Source: Thelocarpon superellum (taxonomy: Eukaryota). Taken from it: 32,127 nt of DNA. The stretch covers positions 1 to 32,127 of the forward strand of contig JAPEUG010000184.1 of NCBI GenBank assembly GCA_026025795.1. The letters run 5' to 3'. Shown here one piece after another: positions 1 through 10,815 of this stretch. The translations under genes and the position numbers were made by a program. A model generated the notes under the pieces. It was not told the origin of the DNA, searched no databases, and was given only the letters and a program-made list of their open reading frames with translations. The stretch's first letter is position 1, and every line of letters starts with the position of its first letter.

Positions 1-120
1 TGGCTCGCTGGTGCAGAGCGTGGTCGCGACGGCAGGCACCCTTGCGTCTCTATTGTCCTTCTATCTATTGAGCCCCCCGTTCGTCTCTCGTCACTCGCCT
101 CGCTCCAAGTCGTACCACCT

Positions 121-168
121 CTCCACCACTCCACCACTCCACCACTCCACCACTCCACCACTCCACCA
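121..168. repeat. 8-bp tandem repeat (CTCCACCA) x6
   Basis: Directly visible: ctccacca repeated six times in a pyrimidine-rich upstream region. Confidence 0.9.
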
Positions 169-914
169 TCGTCTCTCCCTCTCTCTCCCTCGCTTCACAT
201 CCCAGCGTTCGCTCCTTTGCTCGAGCTGCTACATTCCTTGATCCTACTTGCGCCGACCGGTGGTACGTTGAGCGAGTGTCGAAACCTCGTCTCTTCTACC
301 TCGCTCTCCGACAAATGTCGATGATCTCGCGTCGTTCCGCTATCGACAAGCGCGCTCCGCTGGCGTGATCTGTCCCGAGCGCAGATCCTCCTGACGGGCC
401 CGAATCGCCCTCGTCGCCTCCCCCAGGTTCCCACCTGCGACCGAGCTGTCCCGCCGTCGCGGACATTGCGACGTCAAGAAAGCGACTCCAGAGCGTTGGG
501 ACAGTTCTAATCGCAATCGCCGCCGACGATCCTCCGCGGCCAGCGGATTCGCTTCGCTTTCATCACTTGCGCCGCTTTGCGACATAAACCCAGCCTCCCC
601 AATTGCGACACTTCGCAGCCGACACCGCCTCCACTCCACCCCGCCGCGACCCATCGCGGGCCCCCTGCGGCCAGGGACGAGTCACGACGACCTCGGACGC
701 GCCCCTGCGTTCTGGCTGCCGGCTTTCGTTCCGATCCTTCCCATCGCCGCCTGCTCGACCTTCCGCGACCGACTTTGCCCGTCGTACCCGCCAACCCTCC
801 ACTTGGTCGAGACGCGGCGCGACCCACGACGCTGCCTCGGAATCACCACTACCGACCTGATCTGCGCATGAGGGTCACAGGTCGAGGTTGACTTCGTCCC
901 GGCGACGGCGCACC

Positions 915-2990
915 ATGCCTCCCGTTCGCCCCCACCTCTCCATCACCCTCCCCCGCAACTTCACCTTTCACTACACCGACAGCCACGGTCCTAAGACGCC
1001 AGAGCCGTCGAGCGACGGTGAGCCTCGCCAACCGTCGCCGCCGCGAGCGTATCGACTCCCCCCGCGACGTCAACGAGCCGCCTTGTCACACTCTCTCCGA
1101 CACTCATCGCGCTTCCCGCCACTACCCCAGGATGTCCCCATTCCCACCATTGAGACGCCTAACTATGTGCCCGAGGAGCGCACCGCGTGCATCACAGCAG
1201 CGCCCGAACCGTTCGAAGACTTTCTCGCCCCAGTACCGCGCCTACGTCGCTTGCTGTCTCCACCCAAGACACCCCTGGCCCAACTGTCGGCCTCCTTTGA
1301 CGATGGACCGGGAGAGGCAGGGGGATGGACGCCCCGAGGAGAAGTTCACCCGGCCGAGAGCATCAGTCGCCCCGATTCCGCCTGTTCCATCTTCTCGGAT
1401 TCCTCCGACCTCTCGTCGGGTAGTTCAGTATCGGGTCCGTCGAACGGGGGGAGCTGCACCAGCCCAGAAAGCGAGGCAGCCGAAGCGTTTGCCTTTCCCA
1501 CGCCTGTGGCCAAAGGGAAGCAAAAGATCCAGCCCGACTCAATTGAGCGGTCGCGGCGCTCGCGCCCCGCACAGGGCCGACGATCACGACATACGGTGTG
1601 GACTGGTGACATGGACTACCATCTCTGGACGACGTACCTCCTATACCTACAAGACCCGACCGTGACGCCGTTTCGCATCGTGCACGGCAGCGCGCCTCCG
1701 CTCGGAGTATGCTGCCGGGTGGCGCGAGAGGCCAAGCGAAGCTGGCGGGGCGCGCGCCTCACCGCAGAGACGACGTTGCTAGATGTCGGAACGTCGGGCC
1801 ATAGCAGCCGTCGACAAGTGCTGCGCGATGTCCACGACGAATCGCACGCAGTCAAGACCGAGGAAGAATCCGAGGCCTCGGCGGGTGGCAAGAGTGGGAG
1901 CGCGACGCCAACGGCGCCGCAGCCGGAGAAAATCCATGCCAAATGGCCCACTTCGGAGTCGGCCACGCGTCGCCGACTGCGATATCTCTGCCGTCGACGA
2001 ACGGCGCCGTCAAATCCTCAGCGACTTCATCAATATCGCAGCCCGACGCCGCTGCAACGAGACCGACCTCGTCTCGCGTCGCCAATGGAGGTGGTGCGTG
2101 AACAAGCGTCCTTTTCCACCCGCGACATGTCCTTTTCTCTCGCGACGAGCACGGCGGCGTCCATGCGGCCGAATGGAGCTCTGGCTAGTCTTGCGCAAGA
2201 TGACTCAAAGGTCACGGGGGGAGACGGGACGTGGATGGGAGGAGCCCATCCGCCGTCGACTCGCCCGGAGGTCCACGGCTCCCAGTTTGGTCTGGGCATC
2301 GGTGGTCTTGAAGGCGCCAACACCTTTCCTCGGCTTGGCTCTCCTTTTGCGGGACGCACGCGGCCTAGCCTCTATCACTCCACGCGGTCCGGACGGCATT
2401 CTCCCCCGCGCACCTTGGCCCACGAACCGAGCCTGCAATCGCCCGTGCAGTTGATGGCACCGCTCCCGTTCCCCAGTGCGCTGAAGCGACGCGCCGCACA
2501 CCAATTGGAGGACGAGCTGAGCCCGGGTGGATCAGAACTTCATCGCAACCTGTTTGAAGAACTCTTCGGCGCCCCGGCTGATAGCAGCCACCGTCGTGTT
2601 CGCAGCCGCGGATTCAGTCTGGGTGACGTGTCTGAGGGAAGTCGATTGTCTAGCTTGGTGACGCCGCCGGCGATGTACGACCAGATGAACAGCTCTGAAT
2701 TCGCCACGGCCTCGTCTTTTGCCGCCGACGCCGGAATCGACAAGATGTCCGTGTCACCCGAGCCTGGTCGGACGCAGCGATTAGGGTCGCCGTTTGAAGG
2801 AATCGAAACTCGGCAGGATCTTGGAGGTCACGGTCAGCGGCCATCTATACATCTGCAGCCCTTGCCCAGTCGTGGGGCTTTTGCCGAAGCCGTGTCCATC
2901 GAAGAACGCCTTGGTCTTGGACAGGGCCAGGGTCAGGCGCCGGGAGCCTTTGACGTCGAAGACGCGAGTCGCAAGCGAATGAGAGGCTGA
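915..2990 (+). CDS. Conserved fungal hypothetical protein, Ser/Pro/Arg-rich, single exon (~691 aa)
   Basis: 2.1-kb uninterrupted ORF; ATG at 915 in good context (CACCATG). The track's 888 start is a TTG. One ordered block (WTGDMDYHLWTTYLLYLQDPTVTPFR...PPLGVCCRVAREAKRSW) lies in otherwise low-complexity sequence. No function recognised. Confidence 0.8.
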   Translation: MPPVRPHLSITLPRNFTFHYTDSHGPKTPEPSSDGEPRQPSPPRAYRLPPRRQRAALSHSLRHSSRFPPLPQDVPIPTIETPNYVPEERTACITAAPEPFEDFLAPVPRLRRLLSPPKTPLAQLSASFDDGPGEAGGWTPRGEVHPAESISRPDSACSIFSDSSDLSSGSSVSGPSNGGSCTSPESEAAEAFAFPTPVAKGKQKIQPDSIERSRRSRPAQGRRSRHTVWTGDMDYHLWTTYLLYLQDPTVTPFRIVHGSAPPLGVCCRVAREAKRSWRGARLTAETTLLDVGTSGHSSRRQVLRDVHDESHAVKTEEESEASAGGKSGSATPTAPQPEKIHAKWPTSESATRRRLRYLCRRRTAPSNPQRLHQYRSPTPLQRDRPRLASPMEVVREQASFSTRDMSFSLATSTAASMRPNGALASLAQDDSKVTGGDGTWMGGAHPPSTRPEVHGSQFGLGIGGLEGANTFPRLGSPFAGRTRPSLYHSTRSGRHSPPRTLAHEPSLQSPVQLMAPLPFPSALKRRAAHQLEDELSPGGSELHRNLFEELFGAPADSSHRRVRSRGFSLGDVSEGSRLSSLVTPPAMYDQMNSSEFATASSFAADAGIDKMSVSPEPGRTQRLGSPFEGIETRQDLGGHGQRPSIHLQPLPSRGAFAEAVSIEERLGLGQGQGQAPGAFDVEDASRKRMRG

Positions 2991-3129
2991 GGTGTGGCGC
3001 TCCTGAGGCACGGTTTTCTTCGACGAGAACTGGATCAACACGGCAGCCATGATGGAGCTGGAGCTGGAGCTGGGGGTCATGTGATGGATGCCTTGACGAC
3101 GATGAAACGATGCAAGGCGCCTCGCCAAC

Positions 3130-3182
3130 GGACGGAGCAGGGACGGAGCAAGGACGGAGCAAGGACGGAGCAAGGACGGAGC
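3130..3182. repeat. 11-bp tandem repeat (GGACGGAGCAA) ~4.8 copies in 3' intergenic region
   Basis: Directly visible: ggacggagcag ggacggagcaa ggacggagcaa ggacggagcaa ggacggagc. Confidence 0.9.
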
Positions 3183-3612
3183 GAGAGGGAACAGGAAGGG
3201 GAAGGGGAAAGGCAAGCGAGCAGCGAGCAGCGACGACGGACGACGATATGACAATGCGATATCTCGAGCCTTCTCTGTTCACCCTTTCATTCTTGACGAT
3301 ATGTGGTTGACTCTGTTTGATTCCGAGATCTGCCCCTTCTCCACTCACACCGTCAGATCTCACAAAACACTTCTTTTCCACTTTCACCCCGTCCCGCCTT
3401 CACCCTTTTCTTGTATCATAGATAGATTGAGGATCGACACATTGATGACCTGAAGGAGTGAATGAATGGAAAATTCATAGACCCACCTCGATGATGGATA
3501 GGTATTCCTCATATCTACCGTACGCCCCGACCCACACCATTACACGTATATCGTCATCAGACACCATCCACCACCCACCGCCCACCGCCCACCACCCACC
3601 AGGACACGGCCG

Positions 3613-3651
3613 GGAGAGAAGGGAGAAAGAGAGAGAGAGAGAGAGGGGGGG
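3613..3651. repeat. (GA)n / purine microsatellite just downstream of the bub1 stop
   Basis: ggagagaagggagaaagagagagagagagagaggggggg visible. Confidence 0.8.
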
Positions 3652-3659
3652 ATCATATC

Positions 3660-6600
3660 TCACTTCCGCCCCCTCAATCGTTCCTCCAAACGTCTCAACG
3701 AACTCTTCAGTCCCGCCCCGCGCTCCGAATGCACTTCTAGGTACTGCTCCATCCGCTCGCGCACGCACTTCATGCTTTTCGTGAGGGGCATGCTTTCCTT
3801 TTCTCGCGCTTCTTCTCCTTGCCCTCCTCCTCTTCTTCTGGTTCCGCCCAGGCCTAGGCCTAGCCCCAGCCCTAGACCTAGACCTGCGTCGTGATCCCCC
3901 GTGCTGCTGGAATCGAGATTGAGAGGAACATCGCTCATCTCGTCCCGTCTCCTCCCCGGAAGAAGCGGGTTCAGTAAGAGGGCAAATAGCTCCTCCCATA
4001 GCTCCGTCTGCCAGTACCGTTTCAGCTTCTCCGCCAGTCGGTACGTCTTGGTCGCGCCGCTGCCGAGGGTGCGGCCGCCGCGCTCGGCGACAGTCTCGAT
4101 GTATCTCCCGAACAGCATACTGTGTACGATTCCCGCCAGGCCGTGGTAGTCGAGCTGGTACGTCCATGGCCGCATCTCGCGCATCTCCGCGCAGTCTTGC
4201 GCGCTGGCTTCCCAGTCGGCGATGAACTGCACGTCGGGTCGGAAGACGCGCATGTCGATGCCCCGTCCGAAGTCGATCAGGCTCACGCCTTTGTGCTCCC
4301 ATCCGCCTGTGCCGTCGCGCGCGTACCGGGCGCTCCAGGTGTTGTCGGGGAGTGGCTCGAGGCGTACCAGGCAGTTGTCGGCCTTGAGGTCGCCGTGCAT
4401 GATACCCTTGGCGTGGAGGGCTTCGACCACCCGAAGAAGCTCGATCGTGAAGAAGATCACGACGGCTTCGTCCATGACGCCGCCTGCGTTGGTGGACGGA
4501 TCGGCTTTGGCAATGTTGACCAGGTCCAGGAGCGTGCCCTGGTCCCGGTATTCCTCCACCAGGAAGCACTCGTCGGTGAAGAGGTGCATCTCGTAGGCCT
4601 GGATGATCGAATCCGCGGCGCGTGACACCCCGAGTCGTCGTTTGGCTTGTCGCATCATGTAGAATTCCCACGGTGTCGGCTGCTCCTCCATCTTGATCGC
4701 TTCGAACGTGTGTCGCGTCAGGCCGAATTTCCCCTTGCCCATCACCACCGGTGCGTCTTCGTCCGCACTCGGCTCATCCTCGGCTGTGGCGGCTTCGACC
4801 AGGTAGACGGGCGCAAAAGCGCCCTTGCCAAGCTCACGCTTGACCCGGTAGTCTCGGTCGGCTCCGTCAAAGTGAAGCACGGGGGGCGTCGAGAGGCTGG
4901 ATGACGTCCGGTCGTGTCCACTTTTGTTCACTCTGGACATCGCTTTGCCGTACTTTCGAATGTCAGGTCCTCGCTCAGACTTCTGCGGCCGTCGGTCGAA
5001 GAAGCCATCGTATGAGGTCAGCGGAGGCTGGAGCTTCTCCAAGATCGTCTGCCGCGTCGCTTCGTCCGCAGGGTTACATTGAGCCTCAAGGATGATCGGC
5101 CCTTTCAGCGCCGCCCCTTTCGCGTCCGCTGGCCCTCGACTGGCGACGATCTTAGTGACCGCCTTCGTCACTTTAGGCTTACTGAACTCCGTGAGGGCGG
5201 CATGAGGACGTGTCACCGCTTCGTTGGTGATCTCCTGAAACGGACTGCTCCACAGCTCGCCGCCTGCAAGCTGGGGCGTGTCCGGAATCTGATCGTCCTT
5301 GCCTCGCGATGGCGTCTTCGAGTCAAAGTCGTCCGTTCGCTGATAGATGGTCGACGGTGCCAACGACGATTCGGTCTTCTCCACGATCGGCGTCATGAAA
5401 GGAAGTCGGTTCTGTGAGCACTGCAGCGCATTGCGGAAAGGTTGCGTTGGCGCTTCATAATCCTCTGGAGGAATGGGCACGAATTTCGTTGGGATGGGCG
5501 GTGGCTCGGGCGACGTTGGGGTGACGACGGGCTCCTCCTCGTCGAGGCGCGATCGTCCTTTTGTTAGCAGTCCAGGGACTTCATCCTGGACATCCAGTGT
5601 GACGCCGTCGCCGTCGCCTTCGCCGTCACCCTCTTCGTCTAGGTCGAGCGCGGGTAGGTGTTTCCGCTCGGTGAAATCCGACCATTCGCTGAGACTCTTG
5701 CCATCGGACTCATCGCCACCCCCCACTTCACTCGTCGTGCTGATCCGACCGGTCCCCGTACTTTCACCGGCACTGGTGTAATCATCATCGTCGTCATCGC
5801 TCTCCTGCCCGCTCACCGTGTCATCGTCCTGAGTGCCGGACTTCAACGGCTGATTGAAGATGCCATAGATCTCGTCCGTGGCGGCGCGGGTGTGAAAGGT
5901 CATGGTTGGCTCGGCCGTGCTCTTGCGCTTCAGCTTTGGACCCGTGGGAGAATCCAGGTTGATTTTGACTGGGCGCGCGTCAGTCGGGTCTTCTCGGACC
6001 GAACCTGCCTACTCACTCGTCTGCGTCTCGCTCTTGATCTCCTTGACCTTGAGATGCTTGGGACGGGACGCCCTTTCTCCCCGGGCGTGGTCCTTCGGAT
6101 CACCGAGGATACTTGACCGCTCCTCGGTCTGGTCACCCGTGCCATGAGTGACTCCAGTGGACGGGCTCGCGCCCGAGACGTTGGTGGCGCTCGGAGGCTG
6201 CGGGGCCGCCGTGCGTCTCGACCAGTCTCTACCTAGCCAGCCTCGGTGTTGCGCCCGGAGTTCCTCGAAGCTCATCTCTACGTTGGCGTCGCCGACACTT
6301 GGATACACGGCTTCGAGATTCACAAAGACATGCTCCGTCCGGCCTGTACGAGGGTTCACCACTCGTTGTTGATGTAACTCGTGTATATTTGATTGGCTCT
6401 GCGTTTGGGGAAGTGGTAGAGACTGAACAGCACCAGAAGCAAGAAGCCAATCATTAGTCCTGCGAGGGTAAATATGAGAGCGAGTAAGGGGCCGGGGTGA
6501 GGGTGCTGGGGTCACTGCGTCGTACCTCGTCTCTGAAGACCATCATCTTCGACGCGGGGACGGGGCCCTTGCCCGCCTTCAATGTCTCCCCGGCCCACGG

Positions 6601-7521
6601 ACGCGCTTCCGCAACATTCTCCTTCTTCCGATGGGCCAAGGATCCGATATTCTCCCAGCCATGGGCCGTTTCGCCCGCCGGCGCTTTCATCTCGGGCGGA
6701 GCGTTGGCGTCGGCAAACACGGCGAGCTTCGACCGTCCCGATCTCGCAGCGGCCGACGTGCCGAGCGATGTCGAGGGAGTAGGAGCTTGAGGATCGGCGG
6801 GTCGTGGCGTGGTGGCGGCAAAGGGATCGACCTTGGCCGCCAGCGCCGGTCGCACGGTCGGTAACGCGGGCGAAGATGGCTCAGCGGCATTGGGTGGCTG
6901 CTGGGCCAGCCGCTGCTGGAATTCGGTGAACTTACGCATCAAGCGTTCGGCGGGGCGTGCTTCGCGCGACAGGCCGAGTCTGTAGACCTCCTCGGCTTGT
7001 GCCCAACGCCCGGCCCCCTCCAGCCAGGCGGCAAATTCTTCGTAGAACAGCGCCAGACCCTCGCCGATGCCATGGCGGGAGAGGAAGGCAAAGGTCTCGC
7101 GGGGGGTGTCGGCGAAGAAACGGATGTAATGCAGCCAGAGCTTCAGGTATCGCGGATCGTTCTTGTAATGGGACGAAGTCAGGAAGGCTTTGGTGGCACG
7201 CTCGAGCAGGGGCAGGAGTTGGGACTGCGTCGTGGCCTGGGCGGAGGGGTAGGCGTCGAGGGTCCATCGCACATAGCGATCGTAGACGTCGAGCGGGTCG
7301 TCTGACTCGGCGAGGGCCAGAATCTCACCCTCGAATTCCTGCCGGACCGTGTCGTTGAGGTTCTTGGTGTCGGCTGGAGTTGGCGAGAGCAGCTTGTTGG
7401 ATGGCAGCGGCGAGAAGACGGAGGCCAGCGTGCGCGCCGACCGTCCGCCCGGGAGCGATTGAATGTTCTCCTTGTGGGTCTCGATGACATTGAAATCGAT
7501 CAGGTCTTCGGAGCCGGCCAT
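3660..7521 (-). CDS. bub1: Spindle assembly checkpoint kinase Bub1/Mad3 (MadBub, SldA-like), ~1236 aa, 3 exons
   Basis: Exons 7521-6526, 6422-6017, 5968-3660 (GT-AG, frame consistent). N-terminal KEN box (ETHKENIQ), TPR/Mad3_BUB1_I region (SDDPLDVYDRYVRW, YKNDPRYLKLW), second KEN (KKENV), GLEBS (EMSFEELRA), CD1 (PTMTFHTRAATDEIYGIFNQP), kinase motifs GKGAFA, AIK, HGDLKADN, DFG. Confidence 0.95.
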
Positions 7522-7700
7522 GTCGGGCGAATACCTCCGCGGTCGTGGAGCTTGGCGATACTCTGGTCCTAGACGGAGGCCTCTCTGCCGACCGGTTCGA
7601 CGTTCGAGACACCTGGCGGGATCTGTACCAAAGATGCCGAGTTCGACGCTTAAGCCGACGACGGAGGGACCGAGCATAGATGGGACGGGGCCGTTTGTCG

Positions 7701-7748
7701 GTAAACAAACGGATGGCCAATGGCAGCCAATCATGGTGGCTGCACGTG
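7701..7748. promoter_or_regulatory. Candidate promoter motifs upstream of bub1: forkhead site GTAAACAAA, two CCAAT boxes, CACGTG
   Basis: GTAAACAAA at 7701-7709, CCAAT at 7717-7721 and 7727-7731, CACGTG at 7743-7748, all 180-230 bp upstream of the bub1 ATG in the divergent bub1/MFS promoter. Short motifs, so chance occurrence is possible. Confidence 0.35.
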
Positions 7749-8393
7749 ATCTGTCGATACTTCGGGCGCATGTACTTCGTACCGACGCCAAGAAATGCAC
7801 GGGTCATTCTCTTTCTTGCGGCGGCTCCAAGAGGCTGCTGTTCTCTCAGCGGGCATTATTTTTGATGCGCAGTCTCGCCGTCACTCTCACAACCTTGATC
7901 GACCTGAGTCCGATGCTCTACTTCGTCATTGCCCGGCCAAATCCTGGTGCTTACCAAAGAATCGGGAAGCCGAGGTGGGCGTAGAGTTACTAATCCCAGG
8001 GAAACGCTACCCGCCCTTGTACGGGGCCAGTCGGCGTCGGCCCGAATGACTGCGATTACTGATCTCCCGCGGCCCTGACATGGCGCTCGACCGAAGTATG
8101 GGGCAGCTTCAATTCATAGTATGCACGTTGAGCTCCGCAACGTGCTGGTTCATCTCGGATAATGCGGCATGGAAAGTTCATTGTATCCTAGCAGTTCCCC
8201 TTCAAATGGCCATGCTCCCACCACCAACAGGCGTGTGCGGCTTGCATCTTCGTCGTCTGTGATCTGAGCTGCCCCTTTTCGGTGGTGGCGGGCATGTAGA
8301 CAAGCCACATTGCCCATCTCGTCCGCGCGATCCACGTGGATGCCCACGAGTCGCGATCCTTCGATCCTTGATCCTTGACCCTCGAATGCCGCG

Positions 8394-10069
8394 ATGGCCG
8401 CTCCAGGGGATGGCGAAGGAGGCACCGCACCCCTCGACGTGGAGAAGGTCGGCACCCATGCCACGGAGGAAGCTCACGATCAGGAAGTGCCCATCCGCAA
8501 AGCCGTCACGGCGCAAGACTGGGCGGGGCCCGACGACCCGGAGAACCCGATGAATTGGCCCTTTGGCAAGAAGGTCTTCCACACACTGATCCCAGCCATG
8601 TCGGGCTTTACCGTGTATGTGCGCCTGCGGTGGGTTGTTGATGGCGACTGAATGTCTGCTGACCAGAGTGCTAGGACGCTGGGCTCGTCCATCATTACGC
8701 CCGCCGTTCCCGATCTCAGGGAGCAGTTCAACGTGGGCTCGACCGTGGCCATCCTGTCCCTGACCTTGTATGTGCTCGGGCTGGCGTTTGGGCCCGTCCT
8801 GGCCGCTCCCTTGAGCGAGAGTCGGGGACGATCGGTGGTTTACCAGGCGTCGTTACCGGTGTTTGGCCTCTTCATGATGGGGGCCGGCCTGGCGCCGAAC
8901 TTTGCCACCCTAGCCATCTGCCGCTTCTTCGCCGGTATGTTCGGCAGCCCGCCCTTGGCCGTCGGTGCGGGCACGAACGCCGACCTCTGGGCCCGGGAGT
9001 CGGGCGCGATCGCGTCGAGCCTGTTCATTCTGGCCCCGTTCTTGGGGCCGGCATTGGGGTAGGTGCGTCGTCCGCGGGTGGATGGCCTGGGCTGACGACG
9101 GATGACAGGCCGACAATCGGCGGCTTTGTGGTGGAGCGCAAGGGATGGCGCTGGACCCAGTACACGGTGATCTTCTTCGCCATCTTCTGCATCCTGTGCT
9201 CCCTCAGCATCTCCGAGACGTACCAGAAGACGATTCTGCAGCGCCGAGCGAAACGACTGGGCATCCCGCCGCCGCCCGCCGGCCTGTCGGGCGTCGCGGC
9301 CATCGGTTTCCTCTTTCGGGTGACGCTGGCACGGCCGGTGCACATGCTGGTGACGGAGCCCATCGTGGGCTTCTTCAGCCTGTACGTGGCCTTTAACTTT
9401 GCCGTGCTCTTCAGTTTCTTTGCCGCCTTTCCCTACGTCTTCCAGTCGGTGTACCATTTCAACATCGGCGAGACCGGCTTGACCTTCCTGGCGCTGGGGC
9501 TCGGGTCGACGGTGGCGGCCGGGGTGGTGATCTTGCTGGACCGCACCTTTTATCGCAAGCAACATCACGCCGCCAAGCGTGACGGGCGGGGGGGCGTGGT
9601 GGCGCCGGAACACCGCTTGTACGCGGCGATGCTCGGTAGCTTCATGCTCCCGGTCGGGCTGTTCTGGTTCGCCTGGACGGCGCGGCCCGAGGTGCATTGG
9701 ATCAGCCCCGTGCTGGCGGCGATTCCCTTTGCCTTTGGCAACCTGCTCATCTTCGTCTCGTGCGTGCTCTACCTGATCGACACCTACGCGGCGCTCAACA
9801 GCGCGTCGGCCTTGGCGGCCAACGGATTATTACGTTACCTGCTTGGGGCCGTCTTCCCACTCTTCACCCTTCCAAGTGAGTCGGTCCCTGCGGCTCGCGG
9901 CGATGGCGCACTGATGACTCGGCGCGCAGTGTACTCCCGGCTGGGTATCGGATGGGCGACCAGCTTGCTCGGCTTCATCGCCCTTGCTCTGCTGCCCATT
10001 CCATGGGTGCTCCTGCGCTGGGGACCACAGATCCGGTCCAAGAGTGGATACGACACCATCCAGGCGTAA
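8394..10069 (+). CDS. MFS transporter, DHA1 (drug:H+ antiporter, Tpo/Flr-like) family, ~503 aa, 4 exons
   Basis: Exons 8394-8614, 8675-9058, 9109-9875, 9930-10069. DHA1 signatures DWAGPDDPENPMNW, APLSESRGR, PFLGPALGPTIGG, GWRW, SETYQKTIL, PEHRL, YLIDTY, LGIGWATSLLGF; many hydrophobic helices. Confidence 0.93.
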
Positions 10070-10815
10070 AGGCAGCCCCACCTACCGTGGGACTAGACGT
10101 CATGGATGTATTGTGACAGCGGGTCGGACATGGTCATGGTGCAGGAGTAGCATACTACAGTAGGGACGAGATAAGAATGATGGTACCATCTGCACGCATG
10201 TTGTGTGGGTATTCCTGTCCACCGGACGCTCGCTTATGATCTCCGCTGGCTGAACTTCTGGCCGACCGCTGAAGAGTCAATCAATGCCATTGTGCCGGGG
10301 AGTTCCCCCACCACGTCGAAGCGAATCTGTCTCTTTGAGGGCCGGCAACATGTGGAGCAAGAAGCGTGCGACCTGCCCATTTGGATCTTGACATGAGGCC
10401 GAAAGTCGCTCAACATCCAGCCTTGATCAGTCGGGGGCGGAAGAAGGTGACTTTGGTCAAACGCTACGTACTCGTCCATGCGAATCTAACGATGGGGCGC
10501 TCCGCTAGGCCATCCAACGGGCCCTCAAATGCCGCAGAACGTGCTTCGCCGGAGATCTCGCGACTCGCGAAGCATCACCGTGGACCCGGCGCGATCGTTC
10601 CGCTATCTATCCGCGATCTAGTGGCGGAGGTGTAGGATCTTGGATGATTCGTCTACGCGCCTTGCCGTCCATGTAGTCTCTCATGGTTTGGGACGCGCTT
10701 GTCGATGTGATGCTCCTGCACTACTTCTGGCGGGGCATATCCGGCCTTGACCATGCGCGCTGCTTGGTCCTGAATCGCTGTGCTTCTCTCGTTGTCTCTC
10801 TGGGGCCTCTCCACC

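Noticed and set aside
3475..4671. 398-aa minus-strand ORF overlapping the bub1 kinase in another frame
   Set aside because: Alternative frame of a GC-rich CDS running into microsatellites; Arg-rich with no motifs.
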